This document shows, one piece after another, positions 18,737-30,600 of a DNA stretch of 64,000 nucleotides. Within the stretch, counting starts at the first letter, position 1; every line of letters starts with the position of its first letter. The notes under the pieces were generated by a model. It was given only the letters and a program-made list of their open reading frames with translations. It was not told where the DNA came from and did no database searches. Position numbers and translations under genes: made by a program. This DNA is from a virus (taxonomy: Duplodnaviria; Caudoviricetes): positions 1 to 64,000 of the IMG/VR virus record IMGVR_UViG_3300000439_000015; one strand, given 5' to 3'.

Positions 18737-21700
18737 TTAGGAAGATGCGGCTGGGTTGGTGGCGTTTTGGTAGGTGTCCGCTGGGGCCACGTCACCAGTG
18801 GTTAGGTCGGTCAGGGCGTAGGTGTGCTTGTCACCGCCGTTCTCCGCACCCTGAAGGGCAACCGAAATCTGCACCGAGGCAACTTCTGCGTCATTCCACC
18901 TCGTGCCGTCGTACTTCTGAATGGTTTGGGTGTCTGGCTTCCAACGAACATCGCCTGACACGGCGGTGGGCTGGGCGTAGAACGAAACGTTTGTGCCTGT
19001 GTCGTAGGAGTTGCTCAGCGGCGCAGCAATCTGCATCTGGTACGTTCCATTTGTCTGACGCACAGGAATCGTGTAGGGGTAGACGATTTCACTGAGCGTC
19101 TCGTTGCCGACGACGAGTTCAATCGGGGCAGTCAAGGTGGTCGGGTTGACCCGCAACGTCGTTCCTGAGAACGTGGCGCACGCTGGGATGTTTGTGGTGA
19201 CCGTAGGGCCAGAGACAGACGTAACGAACGCTGGCGACGAGAACGCCGTGGTCGTGAATGAAATCGTTTCACCAGTAGCCGAGAGGGTGGCGACCAAGTT
19301 GAGAATGGCGGAAGAGCCGCTAATCGAGGTGATAACCGTGTCGTAGGGGATTCCTGCGCCCGTGATTTGGGTTCCTACAACCAAGTTGGCGGTGCTGGAA
19401 ACGCCAGCGATGGTCGTGCTTCCTGCCGTGAGGTTCGCCGTAAACGTTCCCGTCACTGAGGTGGAAATCAACTGCTGCCCAACCTGCGGAGCGGCGTTGA
19501 TTGTTCCATTTGACGTAGTAGCACTGGCATTCTGGGACATGGTGATAAACGTTCCCGAAGCCGATGCGGTCATTGAAACGATGTACGAGTTGAGCGGAAT
19601 GCCCGTTCCCGAAAGACCCTCACCCGTGTACAAGCCAGCAATGCTGGAAACACCTGTAATGGTTGCGCTGCCCGATGTCAAGTAGCCGCTAAACGAGTAG
19701 GTGGAAAGGGTAATCGTGTTTGTAGCAACCGTGGTCGCCGCCGTAAAGGAACCAGAAGCAACCAACGTGTTGTCGTAGTTGTACAACGGGATGAAAGGCT
19801 GCACTGAAATCTTGTCAGAGAAGAAAGGTTCAGGCTCCGTCACAACCAACTCTTGGGGCGTGGTGCCAGAGCCAAGGACGATTGTCTGGTCGGCGCTCAG
19901 TTCATTGATGAGGCCGTATGAGACGAGCGTGGCAGTATTGGAACCGTTGTAGAAGTTGGTGACTGCGCCATTTGCTACGTTGGCGGCAATGTAGTCAAAC
20001 ACTGGGATGAACGGCGACACCGAGATGCTTGTATCGCCCGTGTTCACTGAAGCAGAGGTGGTGACTATTTGCGTGTACAGTCCCGACTTCAAGTAGATGG
20101 TCGAACCAGAAGGCAAATAGCACGGCGCTGGTGAAATGTACAACGTTGAGACGTACTGTCCACTGGAGTAGAGCGATGCGTCAATGTTCATGGTCACCTG
20201 TGAGGTGGTGGTTACCGTTGGGTAAGCAGGCTGACCAGAGGCATAGGTGAGAGTCACCGTTCCCGTGCCGCTAGTGAACGTTCCGCTGGTGCCCGCAATG
20301 TAGGCAAGAGATGGAATGTTTGCGCCCTGAACGGCGTAGGCGAACGTGAGGGCATTTGTAGAGGTAATAGCGCCCATAAGGGGCTTACTCAGCGTCACCG
20401 TGGTCGTCGTGGGGGCGACGGCAACAACAATCGTGTTGGCGGAGATGACCGTATCACCAAAAACCGACATGCCGACTGAAGGAGCCGTACCCGAGTAAAC
20501 GAGCGTCGTCTGTCCAGCCACCGTCGCTGTTGATGGAACCGTGCTGGTGACCGAGGCTGAGAGTGGTGTGGCACAGTAGACGCTGGTGATGACATTGCTG
20601 CCAACCGAAGCCGAGCCAGAGAAAGAACGGTTGAGGTACGAGTGTGGCACGTTCAGGCTGTTGTGCGTCGTGTTCGTGTCGAGCATCTTCAAGGTGATTG
20701 GCGTGCCGTCAACGTAGGTAGCACTTGTGGTGGCGACGAGGTTGAGGTAGTAGCCCGTTGGTGAAATGGCACCCGTAGCGTCAATCGCTACGTTCAAGAC
20801 TTGAACAACGTCGTAACCGATTTGCACGAAGAACAAAGGCATGGATGGGATGGTGGAACCATTGGGCAGGAATGGAACCGCAGTGGCCCCCGAAGCGATA
20901 AGACCTGCAACTCGACCAATCTCTGGTGGTAGAAAGAGGCCGCTGTTGATGACATTGTTGTAGTTCGACGTTGGGAACAAGTCGTTCGTGGTGATTGTCA
21001 GCGTGGTCGCACTTGCGCTTGCTGGCACGGCAAGGGTGGTGGCGATTGATGGGCTGTCGTTGTCGCCCGAAGTCAACCAGTTGGGTGACAGTGAAATCAT
21101 CGTGTCGAACGTCGCAGCCTGCGCACCTGACGTGTTGTCTGCCAAGAGGTTTTGCTGCCCCTGCGCCGACGCAGCGTTTTCAGCACCGGCACTAATCAAC
21201 GCACCAGCGGCGTGTTGGTTTTGGAAGCCGTCGAGGGTGTAGATGTTGGGGACAACAACTGGCTCACCAGCAAAGTGGTTGTATTGAAACTTCTGACCAG
21301 CGGCAAGGGCAATCGAAATAGGTGAAATGGTATTGCCCGTGGCAGCGCCTGACAAGAAGTTGTAGGTGCCGTTGAACACCACGGTTTCCTGCGTGTCGCC
21401 TTCGCCCACGACCATAACGCCCCATACCTGTGGAGTGAAAAGATACGAGGCGGAAGAAGCACTAACACTGATGGGGTTGGACAGATAGATGTTTCCGCTG
21501 TCAATGTAGGTGACGACGGTGCCCGTAGGAATGCCGTTACCTCGAACCGTCCAGCCCACCGAGATGTTGGGACTAGCAATAGTTGGCAGGGTCATGTAGT
21601 AGTTGCCTGCAACGGTGGTCACACCCGTGATGGTTGTGCCAGTGGTTGGTGAAATGCCTTGCGAAGCGATGTTGCCGTACTGGTCGTAGTAGGTGCCGCC

Positions 21701-24700
21701 GATGGAGACGCTTGTACTGTTGAGTGGTGAAACAACAATGTAGTTCTGGTCTGACGTGGCAGTGGCGTAGACGGTGGTGCCGAAGAGCGAGCCAATGGTG
21801 GTGGGGGTAAGAACCTCTTGGTCGCCCACGGTGTCTGAACCGAAGTAGCGGTCACCTACGTCGTAAGAGCCGACAAGCGTTCCTGCGGCGTGGTTGAATG
21901 ACGTGTTGCCGCTCATCATCACAACGCCTGCATTCTGGATTCCCGATGCGTCAAGGGCAGGTGAAGTGTAGGCAGAGTAGATGGTTGCCGTGTTCTCCAG
22001 TGGCAAGATGGCGGTCTGGCTGTCGCCATTTGGATACGTCGTAAAGGCGCTCGTCAAGAAGTTTTCACCGTCCACTGCCCACACGATTGCGGAGTTGGAG
22101 TATGCGTCCACTTCCAATACGGCAAGTCGGCTTTGGTAGAAAACGTAGTTTGGCGTGTACGTCGTGAACGTGGTGTTTGTTGAGCCAACCGTAAGCATGA
22201 ACGGATTGCTTTGGTTGTCCACCAAGTACACGGTGTAGGTAGAGCCGTTCAGCACAATCGCTGAGACGAAACAGATGTTGTAGGCGAACTGGGTGGCTGA
22301 CGTTGATGCAGGAGAGAAAATAACGTTCTGAGGTGAAATGACAACCGCATCTCCGATGTGGATGTACGGCGTGGCGGAAGGCGATACGCCAGTAATGCCG
22401 TTGTAGTTGCCGTTGGCGTATCCCGTCCATGAGTACGAAGGTGAAGCCTCTAGGTTCGCAACCGTGTCAAGGTAGAGCGTATAGGTGGTTCCACCAACCT
22501 GACCTGCCGATACGTTTGTCACGCCAGACTGCAACACGCCAGCGACCAGCAGTGCGTTGCTTTGCGTGCCGCCGATTGGGTACATTCCTGAGAATCCCGT
22601 GAACGGCGTTCCACCAGTGACAGAGCCTGGGTTGACCCATTCGCAGAGGGTGGCGTTGTAGTAGTTGAAATCAATGGTGTCTTGGAGAACCGTGGCGATG
22701 GCAGGATTGGAAACCGTGACCTGCGTGGCGCTGTCCACTGAAATAATGACGGTGCCGCTTGGGAAGCCCGTGTACGAAACCGTTTGCCCGACAAGAAGGC
22801 CATTCGTGCCGTTCAACCCAGCCGCCGTGTTTGCGGTGCTGGAAATGTTGAGGATGGTAGACGTTCCGTAGGCCACGTCGCCCAAGTACGCCGTCACCTG
22901 TGCGGTCTGGTTGATGTTGTAGATGAACGGGCCGCTTATGCCCTTAGCGCTGGCAAGGGCGTTGTAGTTGCTGGAGTAGGGAACGATGTCGCCCGAAACG
23001 TACTGCCCAGACGAAAGACCCGTGATGTCTGATACCTGCAATGGTGCTGAAAAGACCATTTGCGTGGGGCTTACAATGGTGGGGCCAACCAAGTTTGTCG
23101 TTGTGTGAAGCGTCGTGTACGGAACGGTAATCGTTTCACCACCAAACGTTGCCGTTGGGTTTGCGCTGAGGACTACCGTCGAGGCCGTAGTATTCACTGA
23201 AGAGATTGTTGTATTCGCAGGTATGTTCGCCCCTGAGATGCTCATGCCAGCAAACAAAGAACTGATGTTGGTGACGCTCGTCAGGGTCGCAGATGCGGTT
23301 GAAGTTGCGCTTGCGGTAAACGTAGTGCCAGCAGGTGTAATGACATCAACCGAGTAGGCAGGCGTGTAGTCGTATGCGTGCCCACGGGGGCCGTAGAGTA
23401 GCCAGTTGGTTGGTGAAGTCGGGAACGTGCCACTTTGGTCGGTAACCGTTATTGAAGTCCCAGAACCAGTGTATGTACCTTGGAACACCACGGACTGGGT
23501 GACGTTGGCGTAGACGCCCACGCCTTCGACGGTGGTTGAGGCGTTTGGTGAATGGCTCGCCACAGACAGTGCGTTGGCGACAGGATTCGACTTGATGCTC
23601 GTTGGGGTGACGGGCATAATCAAGAACTGCCCGTGGTTTGGATTGTTGTACCCGTCAATGCTCAGGTAGGGGGCAGTGAAAAACGTTTCGTCAAACTTGT
23701 TGCCGCTGTCTGTGTTGAGGCGTGTGACAGTTGAATCAATGGTCGCCCCAAAGATGCCCGTATTGGATTGTGGGACGGCGTAGGAGACGGTGTAGGTGTC
23801 TCGCTGAGTGGTGTTAGCAGAAGCGGCGTTAGAGAGGCTCACGAAGCCATTGCTGACGTTGAACTGGATGCCGCTGGAGTTGCTTGAACCGCCGTTGATG
23901 TCATTGCTCAGGTAGATGTTTCCACCACTGATGTTGATAATGGTTGCCACATTGGTTGTGGCGGTGGTTGATGCGCTGACAATCATGCCGAGCATAAAAC
24001 CCGTGATTTGCGAAATCAAGTTGGTGGTGAAATAGTACGACGTTCCGCTTACCGTGTACGGGGCGCTGACCGTAAACGTCTGTGCGGCAAAGAGAGCGGT
24101 GGTGAAGGTTCCCGTGAACGCCGAACTTGGTTGGTGCGACAGAGTGATGTACTTGTTCACGGTGTCAATGTTTGTAATGACCGTGCTTGCTGGGATGCCC
24201 GTTCCGCTTACGACCTGACCGACGCATAGGTTCTGCAACGTCGTTGAGGTGAAACCACTGCCTGTCACAACGTTCGATACGCTCAAGGTGTATGCCGTCG
24301 CACCAATGCTGGCGGTGACCGTAACTGGCTTGCCACTGACGAACTCGTCCTGCAAGAAGGTTTGTGAAATAGTGGTGCCAGCAGGAAGGTTGTTGCCCTG
24401 AATCGCCATGCCCGAAAGGAAACTTCCGTCGGCTTGGTTGGTGGTGTAATACGAGTTGGAGCCGTTTGTCAAAAACCCGTTAGTGGTATACGAGGACTGG
24501 TAGCCGCCCGTCTGCGAGAAGTTGTACTGAGCCGAGGTGATTGACAAAGGCGTGATTGCCGTGCCTGCGGCAGTTGTCGTGCTGCTGATGGTGATGGTGC
24601 CAGAGCCAACCGATGAAACCGTGGTTCCAAATGGGATGCCAGCACCCAACACAGACATCCCTGCGTACACGCCAGCGGTGCTTGACAGTGAAATCGTGGT

Positions 24701-27652
24701 GGCACCCGACGACCATGTAGCGTTTGGTGCGGTACCGACGTTGTAGCCAAGAGCGTTGCCGACTGCGTACAGTTCGTCAATGTTGAAACTTGCTGAACCC
24801 GTGATACTTGTGCCGTAAGTCTGGTAGCCACCAGAGGCAAGGCTGTTACCCGTGGTGATTGTGGAGCCAGAAACGCTATAGACCGTTGTGTTGCCCAGAA
24901 GCGTTGCACCGTTGTACACGAGGATGCTGTCACCAGCGCCCAGCGGTGGCGTGGCGACGACGTTGTTTAGCGTATTGGAATAGATAGTTCCCGTGAAGGT
25001 GTTGGCGACAACTGCCGAAGTTGTGCTCCATGAAACTGTATTGGCGGTTGCGGAAAGGAGCATCTCCACGGGGCCAGCACCGAGTTGTGTACTGCTGGCA
25101 AAAGTCGTCCCTGCTGGCAAATAAGTGCTGGAAACACTTGACCCACCTGTCAAGATGTTGTCCTGCGTCGTACCTGCCTTGGTTACAAAAACTGCTTCAC
25201 CAGTTGTGCCCGTAAACGTGTTGGTTGAAACGCCTGAAACGCCTGAGGCAACGGTAGTAACCGTCCCAGGCCCAAGCGTCACCCCGTTACCAGAAACGGT
25301 TGTAACGGTTCGACCAAGTGGGATGGCTGTGCCCCCATTGAATGGCGCACCCACGCCAAACAAAGTGCTGATGTTGTACGCCGTGGCACCAACGGTAAAG
25401 GTGCCGCTGGTAGTGACAGTGTACGCCGTGGTTCCAATGTTGACAGAGGTGATTGTGGGCGTGACGTTTGTGCCTGCGGTGGCTGCAACGTTGGAGTTGA
25501 ACACGAACGAGAAGGTTGAGGTGAAAGTTGTATTGGAAAAGTTGTTTGACGGGGCGGCGTTCAGTGCAACACGTTGTGCGCTAGTGCCGTATCCCGTAGC
25601 GTCGTAACCAGCGACGCTGTACGTCGTTCCCCATAGAGAGGTTGCCGTTCCGTTAGCCGTAGGGGTCTTACTGAAAGTGACTGTTCCCGTGCCGATTGAA
25701 ACGATTGTGGTTCCGTTGGGGATGCCTGTTCCGAAAACGGTGGCTCCAACCTGATAGGTGGCGGTGCTGGCAACCGTGGCGGTGACCGATGCCGTTGTCC
25801 AAGTACCAGTGGAGTATTCACCTACACCATTGGCGTAGATGTGCGCCCAGCCCGTGGGTGTGGGGCTGAGGTACGGAAGCGATGCTGCGTTGCCCGAAAG
25901 GAATGAAGAGGAAATAACCATTTTTTGATTGGCAGCAACCGTGTATGTAGCCGAGTTGGTGAAACTAGCGCCCGACAGAAGAGTGCCGGAAGTTTGATTG
26001 ACGTACACCGCCGTTCCCACGGTGGCGGAAGTGACCAGTGCGCCCGAAAAACTAGCCGTTGAGTTGTCAACGGCTTGGTTTAGACCAACAGTCGTGTTTG
26101 TAGTAGCGATGTAACTGCCACCGCCAAGGGTCGCTGTGTATGAAACGGAATCCGGTTGAGACGATGAGCCTGCGGCTGCATTCGACATGGTGATGGTGCC
26201 CGACGTGGAGTTGACGGCTGTGACGTATGTCGTCGCTGGGATGTTCGTGGAAGTCGTGCTGTCGGTGACGACCATTCCCACTTGGATGCCCCGTGTTGCT
26301 GAAACTCCCTGAATGGTGGTGCTGGCATTTGTTACCACGCCAGAGAAGCCTGCGTTGGGCAACTGCATGACGAAAGTCGAGGGGTTGAGCGTCAGGTTCG
26401 TGGTGTTCCCTGAGCCTGCGATAACGGTCTGGCGCTGAGTGTTCGTGTTGAGGTCGGTGACAATCCAACCATTGGAAATCGAGATAATCTTCCCTGCATT
26501 CCACCCCATTGAGGCAGGCGTAAGCGTGGTCTGCGGCTTGGTCGCAATGGTGACGGTCTGGCCTACTGCGAAGTAAGCGGTGCTTGACACGTTGATGGCG
26601 GTGCTGAAATAACCAATCGAAATCGAGAGAACCGTGGGCGGCGTGGCGGCTGCGTAGTTTGCCACCGTAGCGTCAGGCAAGATGCTGGTCAGATTGGAAA
26701 GCGCCTGCGCATCACCACTTGTGGCGACGTACCAAGGCGAGGCCGAGCCGTTGCCGACTGCGTAGGGGGTTGGCGCTTGACCGAGGACGTAGGCCGTGCT
26801 CTGGGCTGCTGAAAGGAACTGCCCCATGTACTTGTTCGCTGGCGGCTTGTAGAACTGCACGTTGGGCGACATCACCGTCGAGATGTTCTGGTACCCCTGA
26901 GGAAGCATCAGCGACGACGTTGGGTAGTCCACGGGGTCTACAGACTGCTTGTACGGGACATTTGGAATCACGCCTGTTGCAGTGAAATCTAACCACTCGC
27001 TGTAGTAAGCGTCAGTCGAGGTGGCGTTTGGCGAGTAGGGGGTCTGCCCCTGTTGCAAGCCTTCCAAGATGGCAACGATTTGACCAGCACGGAATCGAGT
27101 GATGTCGTTGACGTAGAGGAAGAAGTCGCCACCCGTCTGGGCAAACGCCTGTGTTACCGTACCCGTTGCTGAAACGGTGCCAGCCGAGGCCGTGCTCGCC
27201 ACCGTGAATGACGTAGATGAAGCAGCCGTAATCAGGGCTTTGGTGATGTTATACGCCGTTGCGGTGCTCGTCATGGAGACGGAGATGTACGCACTCGTGT
27301 TGGGGATTGCGCCCGATGCTGATTGCGTGTACGAGTATGTGGCGGCGGTTCCCGAAGCCGTCACGCCTGTCACCGAGTAGGTGACTGCCGTACCATCGTT
27401 GGGGTTGAAGGTGTTGGCGGCATTGGCGCTGCGTGTGCCGACATTTGGCTGTTGGAGCGTTGTACTGGTGGTGAAAAACTGGTACAGGTCTTGCGCTTGA
27501 CCGTAGTAAGTGTTGCCCGAAAGGTCGGGAATCGTGGCTACTGAAAAGTGCGTTACGTCGTCTACGGCATCGGCGTGGTCTGATGAGTTGACGACTGTCC
27601 AGTTACCCTGCGAAGCAACCGTAGATTTAGGGCGTAACGTAAGGACTTTCAT
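18737..27652 (-). CDS. Giant tail/adhesin protein (2971 aa) with repeated GxxVxGxGIPxxTxI modules
   Basis: Uninterrupted 8.9 kb ORF right after the tape measure gene; at least 11 copies of the module. Confidence 0.75.
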   Translation of the reverse strand: MKVLTLRPKSTVASQGNWTVVNSSDHADAVDDVTHFSVATIPDLSGNTYYGQAQDLYQFFTTSTTLQQPNVGTRSANAANTFNPNDGTAVTYSVTGVTASGTAATYSYTQSASGAIPNTSAYISVSMTSTATAYNITKALITAASSTSFTVASTASAGTVSATGTVTQAFAQTGGDFFLYVNDITRFRAGQIVAILEGLQQGQTPYSPNATSTDAYYSEWLDFTATGVIPNVPYKQSVDPVDYPTSSLMLPQGYQNISTVMSPNVQFYKPPANKYMGQFLSAAQSTAYVLGQAPTPYAVGNGSASPWYVATSGDAQALSNLTSILPDATVANYAAATPPTVLSISIGYFSTAINVSSTAYFAVGQTVTIATKPQTTLTPASMGWNAGKIISISNGWIVTDLNTNTQRQTVIAGSGNTTNLTLNPSTFVMQLPNAGFSGVVTNASTTIQGVSATRGIQVGMVVTDSTTSTNIPATTYVTAVNSTSGTITMSNAAAGSSSQPDSVSYTATLGGGSYIATTNTTVGLNQAVDNSTASFSGALVTSATVGTAVYVNQTSGTLLSGASFTNSATYTVAANQKMVISSSFLSGNAASLPYLSPTPTGWAHIYANGVGEYSTGTWTTASVTATVASTATYQVGATVFGTGIPNGTTIVSIGTGTVTFSKTPTANGTATSLWGTTYSVAGYDATGYGTSAQRVALNAAPSNNFSNTTFTSTFSFVFNSNVAATAGTNVTPTITSVNIGTTAYTVTTSGTFTVGATAYNISTLFGVGAPFNGGTAIPLGRTVTTVSGNGVTLGPGTVTTVASGVSGVSTNTFTGTTGEAVFVTKAGTTQDNILTGGSSVSSTYLPAGTTFASSTQLGAGPVEMLLSATANTVSWSTTSAVVANTFTGTIYSNTLNNVVATPPLGAGDSILVYNGATLLGNTTVYSVSGSTITTGNSLASGGYQTYGTSITGSASFNIDELYAVGNALGYNVGTAPNATWSSGATTISLSSTAGVYAGMSVLGAGIPFGTTVSSVGSGTITISSTTTAAGTAITPLSITSAQYNFSQTGGYQSSYTTNGFLTNGSNSYYTTNQADGSFLSGMAIQGNNLPAGTTISQTFLQDEFVSGKPVTVTASIGATAYTLSVSNVVTGSGFTSTTLQNLCVGQVVSGTGIPASTVITNIDTVNKYITLSHQPSSAFTGTFTTALFAAQTFTVSAPYTVSGTSYYFTTNLISQITGFMLGMIVSASTTATTNVATIINISGGNIYLSNDINGGSSNSSGIQFNVSNGFVSLSNAASANTTQRDTYTVSYAVPQSNTGIFGATIDSTVTRLNTDSGNKFDETFFTAPYLSIDGYNNPNHGQFLIMPVTPTSIKSNPVANALSVASHSPNASTTVEGVGVYANVTQSVVFQGTYTGSGTSITVTDQSGTFPTSPTNWLLYGPRGHAYDYTPAYSVDVITPAGTTFTASATSTASATLTSVTNISSLFAGMSISGANIPANTTISSVNTTASTVVLSANPTATFGGETITVPYTTLHTTTNLVGPTIVSPTQMVFSAPLQVSDITGLSSGQYVSGDIVPYSSNYNALASAKGISGPFIYNINQTAQVTAYLGDVAYGTSTILNISSTANTAAGLNGTNGLLVGQTVSYTGFPSGTVIISVDSATQVTVSNPAIATVLQDTIDFNYYNATLCEWVNPGSVTGGTPFTGFSGMYPIGGTQSNALLVAGVLQSGVTNVSAGQVGGTTYTLYLDTVANLEASPSYSWTGYANGNYNGITGVSPSATPYIHIGDAVVISPQNVIFSPASTSATQFAYNICFVSAIVLNGSTYTVYLVDNQSNPFMLTVGSTNTTFTTYTPNYVFYQSRLAVLEVDAYSNSAIVWAVDGENFLTSAFTTYPNGDSQTAILPLENTATIYSAYTSPALDASGIQNAGVVMMSGNTSFNHAAGTLVGSYDVGDRYFGSDTVGDQEVLTPTTIGSLFGTTVYATATSDQNYIVVSPLNSTSVSIGGTYYDQYGNIASQGISPTTGTTITGVTTVAGNYYMTLPTIASPNISVGWTVRGNGIPTGTVVTYIDSGNIYLSNPISVSASSASYLFTPQVWGVMVVGEGDTQETVVFNGTYNFLSGAATGNTISPISIALAAGQKFQYNHFAGEPVVVPNIYTLDGFQNQHAAGALISAGAENAASAQGQQNLLADNTSGAQAATFDTMISLSPNWLTSGDNDSPSIATTLAVPASASATTLTITTNDLFPTSNYNNVINSGLFLPPEIGRVAGLIASGATAVPFLPNGSTIPSMPLFFVQIGYDVVQVLNVAIDATGAISPTGYYLNLVATTSATYVDGTPITLKMLDTNTTHNSLNVPHSYLNRSFSGSASVGSNVITSVYCATPLSASVTSTVPSTATVAGQTTLVYSGTAPSVGMSVFGDTVISANTIVVAVAPTTTTVTLSKPLMGAITSTNALTFAYAVQGANIPSLAYIAGTSGTFTSGTGTVTLTYASGQPAYPTVTTTSQVTMNIDASLYSSGQYVSTLYISPAPCYLPSGSTIYLKSGLYTQIVTTSASVNTGDTSISVSPFIPVFDYIAANVANGAVTNFYNGSNTATLVSYGLINELSADQTIVLGSGTTPQELVVTEPEPFFSDKISVQPFIPLYNYDNTLVASGSFTAATTVATNTITLSTYSFSGYLTSGSATITGVSSIAGLYTGEGLSGTGIPLNSYIVSMTASASGTFITMSQNASATTSNGTINAAPQVGQQLISTSVTGTFTANLTAGSTTIAGVSSTANLVVGTQITGAGIPYDTVITSISGSSAILNLVATLSATGETISFTTTAFSSPAFVTSVSGPTVTTNIPACATFSGTTLRVNPTTLTAPIELVVGNETLSEIVYPYTIPVRQTNGTYQMQIAAPLSNSYDTGTNVSFYAQPTAVSGDVRWKPDTQTIQKYDGTRWNDAEVASVQISVALQGAENGGDKHTYALTDLTTGDVAPADTYQNATNPAASS

Positions 27653-27685
27653 GGGCTGACCCCCACTTTACTACTGTTCCAGCGT

Positions 27686-30600
27686 TTAGCGTCCTTGCGC
27701 TCGCACTGCGTATTTCAGTTGCTTGAACTGTTCGTTGACGTGATTCTTCACGTCCGACATGGATGCGCTGTCCAGTGAACCCTGTACGTTGACTTGGAAG
27801 GCCCCTTGGTGGACGTTTACGGTGGTGTGGGGCACGTTGGAACCCTTTGTACCCGTGAGTGCCTTTCCAGCCGCAGCAGAGGCGCTGAGGATGTGTACGT
27901 TCATCGCCCCAGCCGTCGTCGGGGCTGTCTTTCCACCAGATGCACTTGGGCCACCGATTGTCTTTAGGTAGCCAAACTTGGCTCCGCCACCCAAACCAAG
28001 CCACCCAAGGACGTTTCCAATCGTGGCGTTGTACGCCTTGATAATCATGTTGGCAACACGAACGAAGCCGTTGTACAAGCCGTCCCAGATGGTCTTGCCA
28101 ATGCTCTCCACATAACCGAATGCGCCAGTAAGCCAACTCCACACTTTTTTACCAGCGCCCAAAATGTCGTGCCATACGCCGACTGCTGCGTTGCGAACAG
28201 CATCCCACGCACTGACGAACCAGCCCATGACGACCTTGCCAGCGTCCATGATTCCACCCCAAGCGCCTTGAATCCAACCAAATACGGTCTTTGCTGCGTC
28301 CTCAATGCCGTGCCAAGCGTCAACGGCCCAGTGCTTGACATCCTTCCAATACTTGATGATGAGGTACACCGCAGTGCCGACAAGGGCTACTGCGCCCGTA
28401 ATCAGCAAGAGTTCAGGCAAGATTGGAAGCAGGGCAGTCCACAGTGCCGCACCCATTTCCACGATGGCAGGGATGATGGTTTCGGTGATAGCCGCCCATG
28501 CACCAAGCGCCAACTCCTTCATTCCTGCAAGTGCGCTCAGGACGAACCCCTTGAACGCCCCAGCCATTTCACCAATCGCAGGGATAATCGTTTCGGTAAT
28601 CATGGTGCTTGCGGCAATGGCAAACTTCTTTATGGCTCCCAAGGCGGAGAGGGCAAATGCTTTTGCCTTCCCTGCCATAAGAACAAATGCGTCACCAACC
28701 GTGGTCGCAAGGTTTCTCATCCAAGCCCCAGCGGACAAGGCAAAGTCCTTCATCCACCCCAAGGCGGTGAGAGCAAACGCCTTTGCCTGTGAAGCCATGG
28801 ACGCAAGCGCCGTTCCAGCATTAGAAGCAAGGTTTTTCATCCACGACAAACCGTTGGTGATGAACGTCTTTAGGGCCTTACCCATCTTGCCAAACACGCC
28901 AACAGAGGTGCCTTCCGTGGCGGTCATTTCTGCTTCAATGGTTCCTGTGGCCCCAGTGAAATCGGTAACCATCTGTGCGCCCGTGGCATCGGCAACGGCC
29001 CCGATGGTTGCGAAGTTCCCTTCAACACTGGCAGACATTGCCGCTGCTTCACCAGAAATGGTCGTCATTGACGTACCGATTGCGGTTTCGGTTCCCGTTC
29101 CTGCGGTGACTGCATCGAGCACCTCAGAGCCAAACATCTTCTTGATGATTTTACCAGCGCCACCAAACATGTTTCCAAGGCCGTGAACGAGCGGAGCCAT
29201 CGAGCCGAGTTCACCACTCAACTGCATGGCACCCATCATCATGCCGTTCCAGTCAACCTTCTTGCCGTTGAACAGGTCTGAGATTCCCTTGCCGAACTGC
29301 GACAACTGACCCATTCCACCACCGAGGGCGAACGACGTTGCGGCACCGAACGCACCAGTCGCCGCCATACCAACGCCCGATGCGAACTGGCGACCACCAC
29401 CCGTGCCGCCAAGACGACCACCGAGGCGGCTGAAGAACGAGGGCTTCGAGATTCCTTCCAGTGCCTTCGCAGACTTTTCAGCGGCCTCTCGTGCTTTGGC
29501 GTTATCGTCCCCCATCCGCTTCATCATCTGGTAGGTCTTGGCGCTCCAAGCATCCTTTTCTTCCTGCGTCGTCCCCCCAGGCTTAGCACTAGCAATCATC
29601 ATCGCTTGGTAGTATGGACTGTTCTTGTATGATTCAGCGCCCGTGTGGACGGTTGAACTCATGCCCGTCTTGAACATGTCGGCGGACGCTTGCAGCGCCT
29701 TGGTGTTCTCGTTCAGAGCCGAGATGTTGCCCTCTTCGTCCTCGCTGGGCAACTGCGACTGCTTCATGAACTCTTGAACGCTGAGGTTTGAGCCGAGCAG
29801 GTAGTTTTTCACCCCTCGTGCTTTCTTCAGTTCCGCTTGACGGGCCTCGTAAGCGGCATCGCTTTCACCAGCCTTCTGTCGGGCGGCGAAGTACTTACCG
29901 AACAATGGCATGGTCTGCAAGCGAGCGTTCTTGTAAACTTCTTCGGCTTCGGGGCCTTGCACGTCGAGCATGCGCTGAAGTCGAGTAGCGGAGCGTGGGT
30001 TGACCTGCTTGGTCAGAACCATCATGTTCAACTGGCGCTGGCGAATGTCTTTTTCAGCAGCAGCCATGCCCTTGCGCCAACCCATGCCCATTCCTGCAAA
30101 GGCGCTATCACCCTCTTCACGAATACCTGAGAAGGCACCCTTGAACCCAGCCTTCATGCGGATGGTCTGGCGCAAGACGCTGCCCACCATCTTTTCAGTA
30201 CCCTGCACAAGGGCCATCATCGGGGTTTGGAACAACTTTTTCGAGAACCAAACGGCGGCAAACGCCAACATGATTCCACCAAGTACCGCAAACAACGGCT
30301 TGAACTTGGTAATGACCCTTACGAAACCATCGAAGCCGCTAACCAAGGCATTGATTGTCTTGGCTGAAATCTTCGCCAGAATGGTAACAAGTTCCGCAAA
30401 GTACGGGATAATGGGCATGACGGCTTGGAGCATCTGAGCAAATGCCGTAACCAAAGTTGGGAGCACGGGAAGGATTGCGGTGAGAACGCCGAGAAAGGCG
30501 TTGAGCAACTGCGTGAGTTGTCCGCTCTGCTCCAACTTCTTGAAAATCCCAGCCAGTTCATTCAGGGCAGGTAAAATGGCACCAGCGACGGCGGTACCCA

